A stretch of DNA of 64,000 nt from a virus. Its lineage: Duplodnaviria; Caudoviricetes. The stretch lies in IMG/VR virus record IMGVR_UViG_3300028888_000084, positions 35,361-99,360 of that record; one strand, written 5' to 3'. Below are positions 38,873 through 49,600 of the stretch, in pieces (within the stretch, counting starts at the first letter, position 1; each line of letters opens with the position of its first letter). The notes below the pieces were generated by a model. That model saw nothing but the letters and a program-made list of their open reading frames with translations, had not been told where the DNA came from and did no database searches. Made by a program: the position numbers and the translations under genes.

Positions 38873-39454
38873 TTAAGCGTTTACAACTAATAATCTATAA
38901 GCTGTTGTATCAGCATTAACGCCTTGTGTTACATTATATTTGTCAACAACCTTACAATATAAACCACTTGCTGGTGCTGTTTCTGCTGCTTCCCATTTAC
39001 CATCTGTTCCAGGTGTAGCAAACTGACCAACAGTTAATTCTTCTGTGTTTTCTTCACCAATAACGAAAACATCATCTTCTACTAATTTTCTAAATCTTAC
39101 AGGAACACCTGCTTCTGCTTTAAGACCAATTGTTTTAGCACCTAATCTGTATGTATTTCCCATACCGTCTGCTGTAGCAACTGTAGCTAGGTCAATTACG
39201 CCTATTCCTTTGTCAGTAGCAGCTTCACAAAATACAGCTTCTCTAGTATTTAAATCTAAAACAGTTGTGTCTGTACCTTTCGCTCTTGTATAAGATGCTG
39301 TGTACACATCCTCAGCAGCGAAATCTCCTAACTTAACTACTGCACCATCAAAAATTTCTGCTTTCTCTTCATTATCCATAAAGAAAACGCTCTGTAATTT
39401 AGTATCAACAAATTGTGATTCCATTCTTACAGGTTGAAAAAAGTTCTTATTCAT
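38873..39454 (-). CDS. Capsid decoration/stabilising protein (putative)
   Basis: Between protease-scaffold and major capsid genes; beta-rich, Ala/Gly/Thr-rich. Confidence 0.55.
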   Translation of the reverse strand: MNKNFFQPVRMESQFVDTKLQSVFFMDNEEKAEIFDGAVVKLGDFAAEDVYTASYTRAKGTDTTVLDLNTREAVFCEAATDKGIGVIDLATVATADGMGNTYRLGAKTIGLKAEAGVPVRFRKLVEDDVFVIGEENTEELTVGQFATPGTDGKWEAAETAPASGLYCKVVDKYNVTQGVNADTTAYRLLVVNA

Positions 39455-39478
39455 ATTATTTTCCTCCTTATTGATTGA

Positions 39479-41209
39479 TTAAATTTCTTTTAATCTTTCT
39501 ATCATTGTTTTTACTTTTGGTTCAACAATAACAGAAGATTTATTTGCTGAAAAATCTAATTTCTTAGATTCTTCTTTTTTATCTTTTTTAATATATTGTT
39601 TATAACATAATTCTTTAACAAAATCTTCTACTGTAGCAAATTTGAATTCATTTCTCATATCAATTAATGATTTTCTATCTTCATCGTCTAAATCTTTTTC
39701 AGAATCTAATATAGCATCTGTTTCTTTAACGAAATTTTCATTTTTGATACTTTTTAATTCTTCTTTAACTGTTTCTAATTCTGTTAAAAGCTCTTGATTT
39801 TGTGATTCTAATTCAACAATTCTCTCTGCATTATTATTTTGATCTTCTTTTGTTTGATCATCTAATGATTCAGTAATTTTGTTTTCTTCTTCATCACAAT
39901 CACATGCTTCTTCATCTGTTTTTTCTTCACAGTCACATGATTCATTGCATGCTTCGTTATCACACGCTTCATTACATGTTTCCTCTGATTTTTCTTCAAT
40001 ATCTAGAACTAAATATTCTTCAGAAAAATCATCATTGCATTTTTCTTCATCAACGCTAAATATCTCTATTTTATCTAATTCAACGATATTATCATTTTCA
40101 ATAGAAAATTTCTTAACAAATTTTAATTTGCCATCTATAACACCAAGACATATATACCCAGCTTCCTCTGCAGATTTTATAAATTTGCAAGTATTATCTT
40201 GATTTTCAACATTAGCTGGTACATCTTTTTCATCTGCGTTTATAAATATTTTCTCATGATTATTAGAAGAATACTTTTCAACATAAGTCAATTCTAATTC
40301 AACTATGTTTTCCATATCCAATTCAACATCATCTTCTACTATTGTATATGCAATTTTATAATATTTATCTTCTTGATAATCATAAACAATTATTTCAGAA
40401 GAATCCAACATTACATCTTCTACACAATATCTAAAATAAGCACAACTCTCTTCTTCATTAACAGATGTGTATTTCTCTAAATATCTAGAAGCACTTTTTC
40501 TTAAATCATTGTAAGTTTTCATAAATTCCACCCTCTTTACATCAATATTTTTATCTAAAAATTGTTTATTTAAAGCAAATGATAGTTTAGACATATATTT
40601 ATTGAATGTTGGTGAATCAGCAAGATCATCAAGTTGCAAATGTGCACCTTCTATACCCTCTTCTATAATAGAACCATCGGAAGGATCTTTGCCTAAAATA
40701 GTTATACCTAAGAATTTCCAAGTTTTAAACTTATCTATTCCATCTTCATTATAATAATCAAGGACTTCTACTTCAACACTAACCTTCTTTTTTAATTGCT
40801 TTTTTATTAATTTATAGAGTTGTCTATTATATTCTGTCCAAATAACACATCCATCAATAACAATCCAATTTTTATCATCTATGGTTTCTATATGTATATC
40901 AGCACTTTCTGGTATAACCCCTACTGGTCTTTCACCTGTTTCATATTGATAATCAGTAAAAACACCTTCTTCATCAATGCTTATTTGACTGTTATGTTCT
41001 TCTGTATCACCTATGTCACTATTGTAATAAGCCAAAATAGGTTTGTTATACATTGTTTTGATAGAATCTTCAAAGCCTTCATATAAAAATTCTGAATTAT
41101 TTCTATTAACTTTATCTGAAATAGCATATATTTTTAATTTCATAAAATCTTTACTATTTGCTTCTTCAACATCTATTTTAGACACATCTACGCTAAATAC
41201 TTTCTTCAT
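39479..41209 (-). CDS. Prohead protease-scaffold fusion
   Basis: NRNNS, KPIL, VSVEV and GITILG protease-like N-terminus; acidic coiled-coil C-terminus. Confidence 0.7.
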   Translation of the reverse strand: MKKVFSVDVSKIDVEEANSKDFMKLKIYAISDKVNRNNSEFLYEGFEDSIKTMYNKPILAYYNSDIGDTEEHNSQISIDEEGVFTDYQYETGERPVGVIPESADIHIETIDDKNWIVIDGCVIWTEYNRQLYKLIKKQLKKKVSVEVEVLDYYNEDGIDKFKTWKFLGITILGKDPSDGSIIEEGIEGAHLQLDDLADSPTFNKYMSKLSFALNKQFLDKNIDVKRVEFMKTYNDLRKSASRYLEKYTSVNEEESCAYFRYCVEDVMLDSSEIIVYDYQEDKYYKIAYTIVEDDVELDMENIVELELTYVEKYSSNNHEKIFINADEKDVPANVENQDNTCKFIKSAEEAGYICLGVIDGKLKFVKKFSIENDNIVELDKIEIFSVDEEKCNDDFSEEYLVLDIEEKSEETCNEACDNEACNESCDCEEKTDEEACDCDEEENKITESLDDQTKEDQNNNAERIVELESQNQELLTELETVKEELKSIKNENFVKETDAILDSEKDLDDEDRKSLIDMRNEFKFATVEDFVKELCYKQYIKKDKKEESKKLDFSANKSSVIVEPKVKTMIERLKEI

Positions 41210-41257
41210 AATTCACCATCCTTTCTTTTGAAAATTTATTCTAAAAGGATAACCTTA

Positions 41258-41449
41258 TTAGTCTTTCTTTTGTAACGATAATAAATTATTAAATTCATCA
41301 TCATTAATAGTTATATTACTTTTACAACAAATACATAAAGCTGTTTTCTTGTGATTTAAAACACCTAGATACCTAAATAATGGAATAATTCTAAGTGTAT
41401 TATTTTCATCAAAACAATTATGATTACATTTATTCTCCACTACTACCAC
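41258..41449 (-). CDS. Small Cys-rich hypothetical protein
   Basis: CxHxC..CICC; fills the gap between portal and protease genes. Confidence 0.35.
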   Translation of the reverse strand: MVVVENKCNHNCFDENNTLRIIPLFRYLGVLNHKKTALCICCKSNITINDDEFNNLLSLQKKD

Positions 41450-43175
41450 CTACCGTTGTTTCATATTCGCTTGTTTCACGAACCTCGCTTGTGTCTTCGC
41501 CCAAATCTACAGATGACGCAGTATTATCATTGTCTATTTCATTTTCTGATTTTTTCTTTCTTCCAGGCTGCATATCATCAATATTTGTATTAAATGAAGA
41601 TCTTAATACTGTAAATTTATCATATATTTTTGTGCTATCAACATAATCTATAGCTGTTATAGCATCAGATAAGCTCATATCGTGATAAGCTAAATATTTT
41701 GGTAATAATTCAGATTGTCCCATACTTAAACTTTTTTCAAGATCTTTTTTATCTTCTTGTTCACTAAATGCATCACCAAATATCCTATATTCCCAGCGAT
41801 AATGTATGTCACCATCAAGATATAAATTCTTGAATATAATATTAACTGCCCAAGCAAATTGTTCATACATTCTATCTATATAACGCTTTTCTATTATCTT
41901 ACCAGCTGCAACTTGTGCTACAGAAGGCTTTTCGGTTGTTGTCATTAAAGTAGATGTACCAGAAGTGTTTATCATCTGTTGTAAACCTTTATCGTATATT
42001 TCATTTGCATTAGGAATAGCTTCAAAATGATATAATTCGTTATCTGTTGTAGGAACCATATTATAAGTTATTCCAGGTGGCATATTACTATTTACTTTAT
42101 TTTCAAATAAATCAACTGACATTGGTGATAAAGCATAGTCATCAATATGTGCACCAGATTGATTTTCTTTTGACAAAGGTATTTCACCTAAAATTATAGA
42201 ATATAAAGGAACTGCTAATAATTGTTGTTGTAATAAAGAATAAGAGCTTAAATCTTGTGCTTGCAACAATAATGCGGCAAAAGGTGATATTTGTAAATCA
42301 TCTGATTCTGTAAACGAAAAAACAAAACATTGATCTGATGGAAGTTCACGCCAATATGACCACGCATTCTTTTCGCTACTATATTCTAATAATCCTTTGT
42401 TATTATTTTTTAAAGGATTTATATATTTTTTACCATCACGATTATCCGTTATCGATTCAAGTTCCTCATAATATTGCTTAAATATAGGCGGAAACATATC
42501 AAGACTTGTACCAGCTTGCCAAAAATAAGTGAAATCAAATGCAACAACAGCATAACTTTCTGTTGAATGTTTTATTATTTTATACCAATCACTTGGTAAA
42601 TCTTGAAAATGAACATAATCAACATTTTCGTTACCTTTAGATGAATCATATGATTGTCTTAAATAATACGCCTTTTTACCCTCAGCTAGAACTTCTGCCA
42701 CTATTCTTCTGAATTGTTTTTTGGCATTTAATTTTTTTCTCCACATATCAACAAATTTTACATCTGATTTGAATCTTGGTTTATCCATTTCTTCTTTATC
42801 AACGTAAGTTGGTAAAAAATAATCTTTATATGTTAATATTCCTTCATATAACATCATCATTCTATATAAAGGATATGTCAAATACAACATGCTTCTAGTA
42901 GCAGTTCTTAATTCAAATTCATTGTTTTCTGGATTAACTAAAGCCTTTTCTATTGTATCACGATCTAAAAAATTTGGTAATGTTTTTAATTGCTTAACTC
43001 TTTGATTTAATAAATAAGGATCGTTTGTTAAAACATTGTTATATCCTTGTAGTATGCTAAATAAATTAACATCTTTTTTATTAAATAGTTTTTTCCAAAC
43101 ATTTTCAACGTCTTTAATCGTTGGATTCGCAGGCGATTTCGCTTGCACTTCCTTCTTCTGTGTCTTTCTTGGCAA
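41430..43175 (-). CDS. Portal protein
   Basis: 581 aa after terminase; QDLPSDW..I..Y.VAFDFTYF motif. Confidence 0.75.
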   Translation of the reverse strand: MPRKTQKKEVQAKSPANPTIKDVENVWKKLFNKKDVNLFSILQGYNNVLTNDPYLLNQRVKQLKTLPNFLDRDTIEKALVNPENNEFELRTATRSMLYLTYPLYRMMMLYEGILTYKDYFLPTYVDKEEMDKPRFKSDVKFVDMWRKKLNAKKQFRRIVAEVLAEGKKAYYLRQSYDSSKGNENVDYVHFQDLPSDWYKIIKHSTESYAVVAFDFTYFWQAGTSLDMFPPIFKQYYEELESITDNRDGKKYINPLKNNNKGLLEYSSEKNAWSYWRELPSDQCFVFSFTESDDLQISPFAALLLQAQDLSSYSLLQQQLLAVPLYSIILGEIPLSKENQSGAHIDDYALSPMSVDLFENKVNSNMPPGITYNMVPTTDNELYHFEAIPNANEIYDKGLQQMINTSGTSTLMTTTEKPSVAQVAAGKIIEKRYIDRMYEQFAWAVNIIFKNLYLDGDIHYRWEYRIFGDAFSEQEDKKDLEKSLSMGQSELLPKYLAYHDMSLSDAITAIDYVDSTKIYDKFTVLRSSFNTNIDDMQPGRKKKSENEIDNDNTASSVDLGEDTSEVRETSEYETTVGGSSGE

Positions 43176-43524
43176 CTTCCACCGCCCCTTTCGATTGTAA
43201 TTTTTCTAAATTACTTAAAAAATTATATACTTCTATTATCTTTTTTTGACCTTCTGGACTTTTTTCAAAATCATTTATTGCCTCTTCATAAAGTTTATCT
43301 AAACAAAATTGACGAACCATAGGATTATATAATTTATTACATTGTTCATAATTTAATTCATTTATAGTATCTACTAGAATGTTTATTTTTTTATTATTCT
43401 TTAGGTTTTTATCAGTATAAACATATAAATGCATATCTGCAAATACAAAACATCCTAATTTAGACAAGATATCCATAGCATCATATAATAACACGTCTTC
43501 TTTAAGAACAATATCATATATCAT
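43114..43524 (-). CDS. Hypothetical protein
   Basis: Translationally coupled to terminase; overlaps the portal start. Confidence 0.5.
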   Translation of the reverse strand: MIYDIVLKEDVLLYDAMDILSKLGCFVFADMHLYVYTDKNLKNNKKINILVDTINELNYEQCNKLYNPMVRQFCLDKLYEEAINDFEKSPEGQKKIIEVYNFLSNLEKLQSKGAVEVAKKDTEEGSASEIACESND

Positions 43525-45392
43525 TATCTTCTACCTCCGAATCCACCTAATTTTTTTAGGTTATTAACGAAAGGATTTTTTACTTGTTTTACGCTATTAA
43601 AATTATTAGCATGACCTTTACAAGAAAAATAATCTTCGGCTTTATATTTATTTTGGTCAACATATAAATCTTTTTCTAATTCATTTATAAAATATAAGCC
43701 ATATATCATACTTATTACACGGTCTTTCCTTCCATTCTTTTCATCAAAAGTCCATCTTCCACTTGGTAATTTATATACTTGTGTTTCGACACATTCTTTA
43801 ACAAGTTCACTTGTATTTATAAAAGGAAGTAACATATTATTAGCCCTTTCCTTTTCAAGCGGATTTGAACTTGTAACCAATTTCATATAACCAAATCTAT
43901 TATTCAAATCTTCTATTATGTCGTCTTCTCTAGCTAAAAGAAAAATTCTATTTCTCTCAAAATCTAATTGCGCATTTACAACCATATTATATTGAACAGA
44001 CGAAGCACTAGCACCAGATACTTGCAAACAAAACATTACAGGTACTGCATTTGGATCTGTAACCCTTATATCAAATTTTTCATTTTTATTACATGTACAC
44101 CAGCCAGGATATTTTTTACCTCTTACAATATCCATTGTTATTTGACCACAAGTATTGGCTGCATTTATACCTAATGCACCACCAGCATCAATTACTGCAT
44201 AATCACATTCGAGATCATAAAATAATTGTTTTAATCTTAATATTTGCCTATCTAAGTTTACGCCATTCATTACTTCTATATATGAAAGCTCTTTTAAATA
44301 ATGATCGCCATTATTAGTTAATCTAAACACAGTAAATACCGTATTATCGTTTAACCTTCCTGCACTTACAGCTATATCCATACTTATTACCCTAAGTTCG
44401 TAAGAATCTTTAGGCTGATAAAAAGGTGATTTTTTTAGGTCGCCTTTATAATTTATATATTCACTATCAGTTGGCGGAATTAAAGGAACAACAAGTTTTC
44501 TTGACCTATTTACTTGTGTATAAGTAAACATTGATGTATCAGATTCGCCAAAAGGTATAACTTCCATTTCCATTTGGAAAGTATGAATATCAGTTTTATT
44601 TTCACGAACCTGCGATTCTATTGTAGATTTACTAATAATTCCTGTTTCTATACCAAATTGATATGGTAATGATATGATATTATAATCAGGTACTTTGTTG
44701 GCTATTAATTTAGCATAGTTTTCAAAATCCTTATAAGACCATTCATCTTTATATCCTATAGAAGTTAAGAATATTTTAGAATTGTGTTCTTTTTTTAAAT
44801 ATTTTTCATATTTAGGATTTTTTGAATATGGCGGCATTCTTGTACCTGTTAAAAATGGAATAAATACAGTATCTATGATATTTTTATTCATACCACGACT
44901 TTCATCCATAATCATAATATTAGCTCTTTCGCCTCTAGCACCCTCGCCGCAAACAACCGTTTCTATAGTAGATCCATTTTTTAAAAGTATTCTTGCCTGA
45001 TCTTTGTTAATTTTTATTTCTCCTTCAATTTCTCTATCTATATTTGGATGTTCACGTCTTAATTCTATTGCTTTACCAATAAGTAACGTTGCTTGCTTTA
45101 TGTTAGGTGCGGCGACTCTAATTTTTATACCAGGATATAATATTCCTTTTGCGATACAAAACACCATAGTCAAAAATGTTTTACCTAGACCACGGCTTGC
45201 AAAAAACACAAATGTATTCAAACCTACGGCATTAGGTGAATCCATCGCATATATAATTAATTTTTGGAATAATTTTAAATCAACACCTAAATATTGTTCA
45301 CAAAACCTATGTATATTAAGTCTATAGTAACAAATCCATGATTCAAAATTCTCCCAAAAAACATCTTTATTACTCATCAGAACCACCAACAC
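43524..45392 (-). CDS. terL: Terminase large subunit
   Basis: FQKLI Q-motif, ASRGLGKT Walker A, IMDE Walker B, SMDIA and KDRV nuclease motifs. Confidence 0.92.
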   Translation of the reverse strand: MLVVLMSNKDVFWENFESWICYYRLNIHRFCEQYLGVDLKLFQKLIIYAMDSPNAVGLNTFVFFASRGLGKTFLTMVFCIAKGILYPGIKIRVAAPNIKQATLLIGKAIELRREHPNIDREIEGEIKINKDQARILLKNGSTIETVVCGEGARGERANIMIMDESRGMNKNIIDTVFIPFLTGTRMPPYSKNPKYEKYLKKEHNSKIFLTSIGYKDEWSYKDFENYAKLIANKVPDYNIISLPYQFGIETGIISKSTIESQVRENKTDIHTFQMEMEVIPFGESDTSMFTYTQVNRSRKLVVPLIPPTDSEYINYKGDLKKSPFYQPKDSYELRVISMDIAVSAGRLNDNTVFTVFRLTNNGDHYLKELSYIEVMNGVNLDRQILRLKQLFYDLECDYAVIDAGGALGINAANTCGQITMDIVRGKKYPGWCTCNKNEKFDIRVTDPNAVPVMFCLQVSGASASSVQYNMVVNAQLDFERNRIFLLAREDDIIEDLNNRFGYMKLVTSSNPLEKERANNMLLPFINTSELVKECVETQVYKLPSGRWTFDEKNGRKDRVISMIYGLYFINELEKDLYVDQNKYKAEDYFSCKGHANNFNSVKQVKNPFVNNLKKLGGFGGRR

Positions 45393-46875
45393 TTTCGATG
45401 TCTACGGTGTATTCTTTATAATTTTCTTTAAATTCTTCTGTATATTCATTACTTCTTCCTAGTGTTCTTGCTATAGCACCAGCTATAGATTTCCATATCT
45501 TTTGTATTCCATCAACATCTTCAAATTCCTTGTCTTTATTTATAAACGGTTTAGTTTTTTCAACGTGTCTTATAAAATCACCTAATGATGCAAATTCAGA
45601 ATTTGTAGCCATAGATGCAGTTTTCTTTGGACTTAAATCACTATTTTTCATCATATCTTGTATGTTTTTAAGATTTTTACTAACATCAGCACCTAATTGT
45701 CTGCCCTTAAAAATAGATAATTCTTCTAGACATAATTGTTGAACAAGTAATTCCCTATTTTTACCTTGTATATCGTAGTTATTATGCCATTCTTGGTGCT
45801 TACTTTCTAACCATTTTAATTCTTCTAAAGTATAAGAATCGCCCCATGTTCTTCTTAGTTTTAATATTTTACTAGCAGATAAATTTTCATCTTCTAATTC
45901 GTCAATTTCTTCACCTTCTGCTATTATCCTATCATTATATATAGGTGGTAAATTAAATTGAAACGCCATTGATTTAAATGGGATACCCCCTAAATAAGAC
46001 TTTGAAAAATCTGGTTCATTTATTTCAACGCCACCAAGTTGTATATCTAAATACAAATTTGATAAATAGTTTGCAAAGAATGTATTTTCGGTAAGTTCTT
46101 TTTTGCCTTCTATTGTATCTGCATAATTTACCATTCTTTTTATTGTTGGTTCATATAAGTATAAATCAAATTTTTGCGACATCAAAACTAATACTTCTTT
46201 TATATCTTTATATTTCTTTAGATATTCTTTGAATAATGTTTTAGTACATTCTTTACAAATAGGAAATTTTCCATCATATATATCACTTTGTGTAGAATAA
46301 AATTCGTCTTCAGATTTATATTGTTTGCATTTATTACATCTTCTATATGTAACTGGAACTACATATACTGGTAAATTATTAAGTTCAGCTATTTTTTTAC
46401 CAAAGTATTCTTGTGCCGCCATCCCATAATCACGCATTTCACTATCAAGTTCTTTAGGAAGTAACTTGAAAACTTTACTGTCACCATACTTAATCATATT
46501 AGTCACAGCTTGTTGTATTTTATATATATTATCAGAAACAATTTCATCTATTGTGTTTCCTACTAAATCTTTTTGTGAAGTACATTTATATCTATCTATT
46601 AAAGCCAACATGGCTTTACTAGGTCTTCCTTGAAGATCATATTTAACTTGTTCTACATTTCCTTTTTTTGTTGGTTGTTTGTCAGATGGCTTTATTATAC
46701 CATCTTTTGATTCATCAGAAGAAACAATGTCCACATTATCATTTTTGGCACTATCTACATCTTCAGCTTTTTCGAGTGCCACTTGGTAAATCTCGTTTAA
46801 ATGTGCAGCACCACCAACTTTATTTCTTCTCGCCATTTTTTTGTTGTTAGCCATCCTTTTAACACTTCCCTTCAA
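45370..46875 (-). CDS. Zn-finger protein upstream of TerL (YonG-like; possible small terminase)
   Basis: CNKC..FY..PICKEC, WGDSY..EL.WL; overlaps the terL start. Confidence 0.55.
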   Translation of the reverse strand: MKGSVKRMANNKKMARRNKVGGAAHLNEIYQVALEKAEDVDSAKNDNVDIVSSDESKDGIIKPSDKQPTKKGNVEQVKYDLQGRPSKAMLALIDRYKCTSQKDLVGNTIDEIVSDNIYKIQQAVTNMIKYGDSKVFKLLPKELDSEMRDYGMAAQEYFGKKIAELNNLPVYVVPVTYRRCNKCKQYKSEDEFYSTQSDIYDGKFPICKECTKTLFKEYLKKYKDIKEVLVLMSQKFDLYLYEPTIKRMVNYADTIEGKKELTENTFFANYLSNLYLDIQLGGVEINEPDFSKSYLGGIPFKSMAFQFNLPPIYNDRIIAEGEEIDELEDENLSASKILKLRRTWGDSYTLEELKWLESKHQEWHNNYDIQGKNRELLVQQLCLEELSIFKGRQLGADVSKNLKNIQDMMKNSDLSPKKTASMATNSEFASLGDFIRHVEKTKPFINKDKEFEDVDGIQKIWKSIAGAIARTLGRSNEYTEEFKENYKEYTVDIESVGGSDE

Positions 46876-46891
46876 ATCCTTTTATACAATA

Positions 46892-46916
46892 AAGCAGGAC
46901 ATCTAATGTCCTGCTT
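46892..46916 (-). terminator. Probable terminator
   Basis: AAGCAGGACAT-3-ATGTCCTGCTT. Confidence 0.6.
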
Positions 46917-46921
46917 AAAAT

Positions 46922-48106
46922 CTATTGTTTGAATTCTATATTATATGTGCATATCAAACCTTCGTTATCACATACACATACTAATTGTTCTGGTGTTCCA
47001 AGAATTCTTTTTTGTATGCAATAAGAGTCCATACCTATCATACTTCCGCCAGATATAATCTTAACTCCTTGCACAGTATCTATTTTATTATGATGTAAAT
47101 GACCTGATAATATTCCATATACTGGTACATCTACCATAGACACTAAATTTTGAATAGATGAATGTGAACAATCATAGTCGCCATGAACACCAATATAATT
47201 TAGTCCTTTAACTTTAACTAAATACATTGTTGTGTCTATGTTGTCATAATCATCAAATTTTATATTATCTATATTTTGAAGTCTGGCTTTTAAATACCAT
47301 TCTATTAAATCATCCAATCTCTCATCTTTTAAGGCATCTTCTTTTCTTGTAAGCCTTGAATGATTTCCAGAAACAGATACAAACCTTACTTTATTAAAAT
47401 ATTGTGATAAATAATACAAAAATGATGATATAAGTTCAGAAACTTGCATTATTTGTTCTATTACATTTTCTTTATTGGTTATACTTATTTCATTATGGAT
47501 ATTACCACTTATCATATCACCATTAGCCCATATAACACATTCATCAGCTTTTTGTTCAAATTGAATTTTTATTATTTTATCTAGATATTCTGCAAACCTT
47601 CTTTCGCATATATCAGAATTATAAGTATTCCATGTGTTGGTTATATCTTGACCATAATGAATATCATTTAAGCTAACCATTAATGATTTACTACTGGTTT
47701 TTATATTATTATGTGTAATAGGTTTTAATTTAGGCAAATTTCCATCAGATAAGCATCTTTGTATTATTTCATTTAGTTCTTCTTGTCTTGATTTGTTTCT
47801 AATTATTTTGTTAAGTGCTATACGTTCATCGCTAAGTTTGTATCTTTCCTTTTGTAATTCTATTTTTTTTGCTTCTATATTATCTAAAATGTCTTGACTT
47901 GATACATCAATGGCATTTTCCAATCTATGTTTATAACTTTCGTATATTCCATAAGCAGTTTTTCTTAAATGGTCTGGATGACAATTTTCGCCTAACAATT
48001 CAGCAATTTCAGACCAATCAAGGTCGATTTCCCTGTCTAATTTTGCAACTATAAGTCTTTCCTTATAAGCAAAATCACTTTCATTAGGTTTTCTTTTCAA
48101 TTCCAT
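46922..48106 (-). CDS. Calcineurin-like metallophosphoesterase (YonJ-like)
   Basis: DIHYG, GDMISG, GNH, HGD and GHLH motifs. Confidence 0.85.
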   Translation of the reverse strand: MELKRKPNESDFAYKERLIVAKLDREIDLDWSEIAELLGENCHPDHLRKTAYGIYESYKHRLENAIDVSSQDILDNIEAKKIELQKERYKLSDERIALNKIIRNKSRQEELNEIIQRCLSDGNLPKLKPITHNNIKTSSKSLMVSLNDIHYGQDITNTWNTYNSDICERRFAEYLDKIIKIQFEQKADECVIWANGDMISGNIHNEISITNKENVIEQIMQVSELISSFLYYLSQYFNKVRFVSVSGNHSRLTRKEDALKDERLDDLIEWYLKARLQNIDNIKFDDYDNIDTTMYLVKVKGLNYIGVHGDYDCSHSSIQNLVSMVDVPVYGILSGHLHHNKIDTVQGVKIISGGSMIGMDSYCIQKRILGTPEQLVCVCDNEGLICTYNIEFKQ

Positions 48107-48117
48107 ACATTCACCTT

Positions 48118-48339
48118 CTATTCAGTCATTGTTTCCTTTTTATTTGTTATGATGATATTCACATCTTTACCATCAAACTTTTGAAGCGCATCTATCAAGT
48201 TATACATTTCACCGTTAATTTCTAAAATAGGGTTATTCCCCTCTAAATTAAGTATACCAGAAATGTTTGTTTCTTGCTTTTCTATCATTCCTTGCTTATT
48301 CATTATCCCTATCTCCTTTTTCTTTGTTTTTAAGATCAA
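48118..48339 (-). CDS. YonK-like small protein
   Basis: GILNL..ILE..YNL..LQKFDGKDVNI; between HU-like and YonJ-like genes as in SPbeta. Confidence 0.6.
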   Translation of the reverse strand: MILKTKKKEIGIMNKQGMIEKQETNISGILNLEGNNPILEINGEMYNLIDALQKFDGKDVNIIITNKKETMTE

Positions 48340-48721
48340 TTCTTTGCAATGTTGGCTTTAGCATAGCCCATTCTTTATTTATTTCAAGTTGCTCGGTATA
48401 TTTTTTAAATTGATCTAATATACTTTTTGTGAAAAATACTTTTGGTTTCAAAGAATATCTTACTGGTATTTGTGTGTCAAAAATTTTGCTATAAAATGGT
48501 GCCAATCTTTTTAATGTATTTCCGAATTTAATATGTCCCATACTAACAGAATTTCCAGAACATAAGATTTCTTCTATAATATCAAAAGTTGCCCTTACAA
48601 CAACTTGAACATCGGCATTTGTAAAACCAGTTCTTCTTGATACCATTTTAACCAAATCTTCTGGTGAAAAATTATCACCTATCTCACTTTTCCATCTTTC
48701 ACGTTTTTTTTCGTCTGACAT
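48296..48721 (-). CDS. HU/IHF-like DNA-binding protein
   Basis: DLVKMVSRRTGF..DVQVVV..I.E.L..G..V..G.F..PKV HU pattern. Confidence 0.7.
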   Translation of the reverse strand: MSDEKKRERWKSEIGDNFSPEDLVKMVSRRTGFTNADVQVVVRATFDIIEEILCSGNSVSMGHIKFGNTLKRLAPFYSKIFDTQIPVRYSLKPKVFFTKSILDQFKKYTEQLEINKEWAMLKPTLQRIDLKNKEKGDRDNE

Positions 48722-48769
48722 CTTCTCATCCCTTTCATATTCCTTTTAATCCGCAACATTCTTTCTCCA

Positions 48770-48795
48770 TTATATAAAAATAATCTTTTATATAA
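48770..48795. repeat. ATAAAA-N6-TTTTAT palindromic site (copy C), upstream of the late operon
   Basis: TTATATAAAA-ataatc-TTTTATATAA with 10-bp perfect arms. Confidence 0.55.
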
Positions 48796-48859
48796 GTATA
48801 ATCCTTGTAATCAGCATTATTAGCCAATTACATGGTATATTTTATTTATTTTAGAATGT

Positions 48860-49600
48860 CTAGGATTTATTCTTTTGACTTTCGTAATAGTACTTTAATT
48901 TGGACATCCTATGACGTTTTTTAGCACATTCATTACAAAATTTGTTACTATTATTTCTTTTACGCATCATTTTACCACATTCTTCACATTCTATATACTT
49001 ATGATTAATATAATTCATAAGATATAAACCAATATTGTCAAAATCTTTTACTATAAATAAATATTCGTTATCATCAGTTATATCACAAAGATATTCTATA
49101 GCACCATTTATACATATATTTATGATTTTTTTATCTACTAACTCATGTAATATATCACGAATTTTTGATGTAGATTTTATATGTGATGTTCTTGATAATC
49201 TAGAATATTTTATATTTATATATTTACCACCAGTTGTCCTATGTTTAATTTTACACAAAACAATAATAGATGTCAATACTTTTTTACATTCAATATCTGG
49301 AAGTTTATCTATTATATCAATATCTTTTTGATTTATACCTATAAATTTTATATTTTTTATCGGTGTATTTTTACTTGTATTAACTATATTAGATAATTTA
49401 TCAAAATACAATACTTTATTAAAATTCTCCATATTTTTATCGCAAAAATCAACTAGTAAATTAAAAATTTCCTGTTTGTTTTTACCTTGTGAATAATAGA
49501 ATTTTGCTAATATGGATAATTCATATAGTTTTCTTCTTGTAATAAAACCATTTTCAAGTATCTTTTGCGCATATTCAACTTCATTATAAATATTAATCAT
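48860..49600 (-). CDS. Putative DNA-binding protein (wHTH-like + Zn ribbon) coupled to the RNAP gene
   Basis: Overlaps the RNAP stop; C-terminal CEECGK..KFCNEC. Confidence 0.6.
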   Translation of the reverse strand: MINIYNEVEYAQKILENGFITRRKLYELSILAKFYYSQGKNKQEIFNLLVDFCDKNMENFNKVLYFDKLSNIVNTSKNTPIKNIKFIGINQKDIDIIDKLPDIECKKVLTSIIVLCKIKHRTTGGKYINIKYSRLSRTSHIKSTSKIRDILHELVDKKIINICINGAIEYLCDITDDNEYLFIVKDFDNIGLYLMNYINHKYIECEECGKMMRKRNNSNKFCNECAKKRHRMSKLKYYYESQKNKS

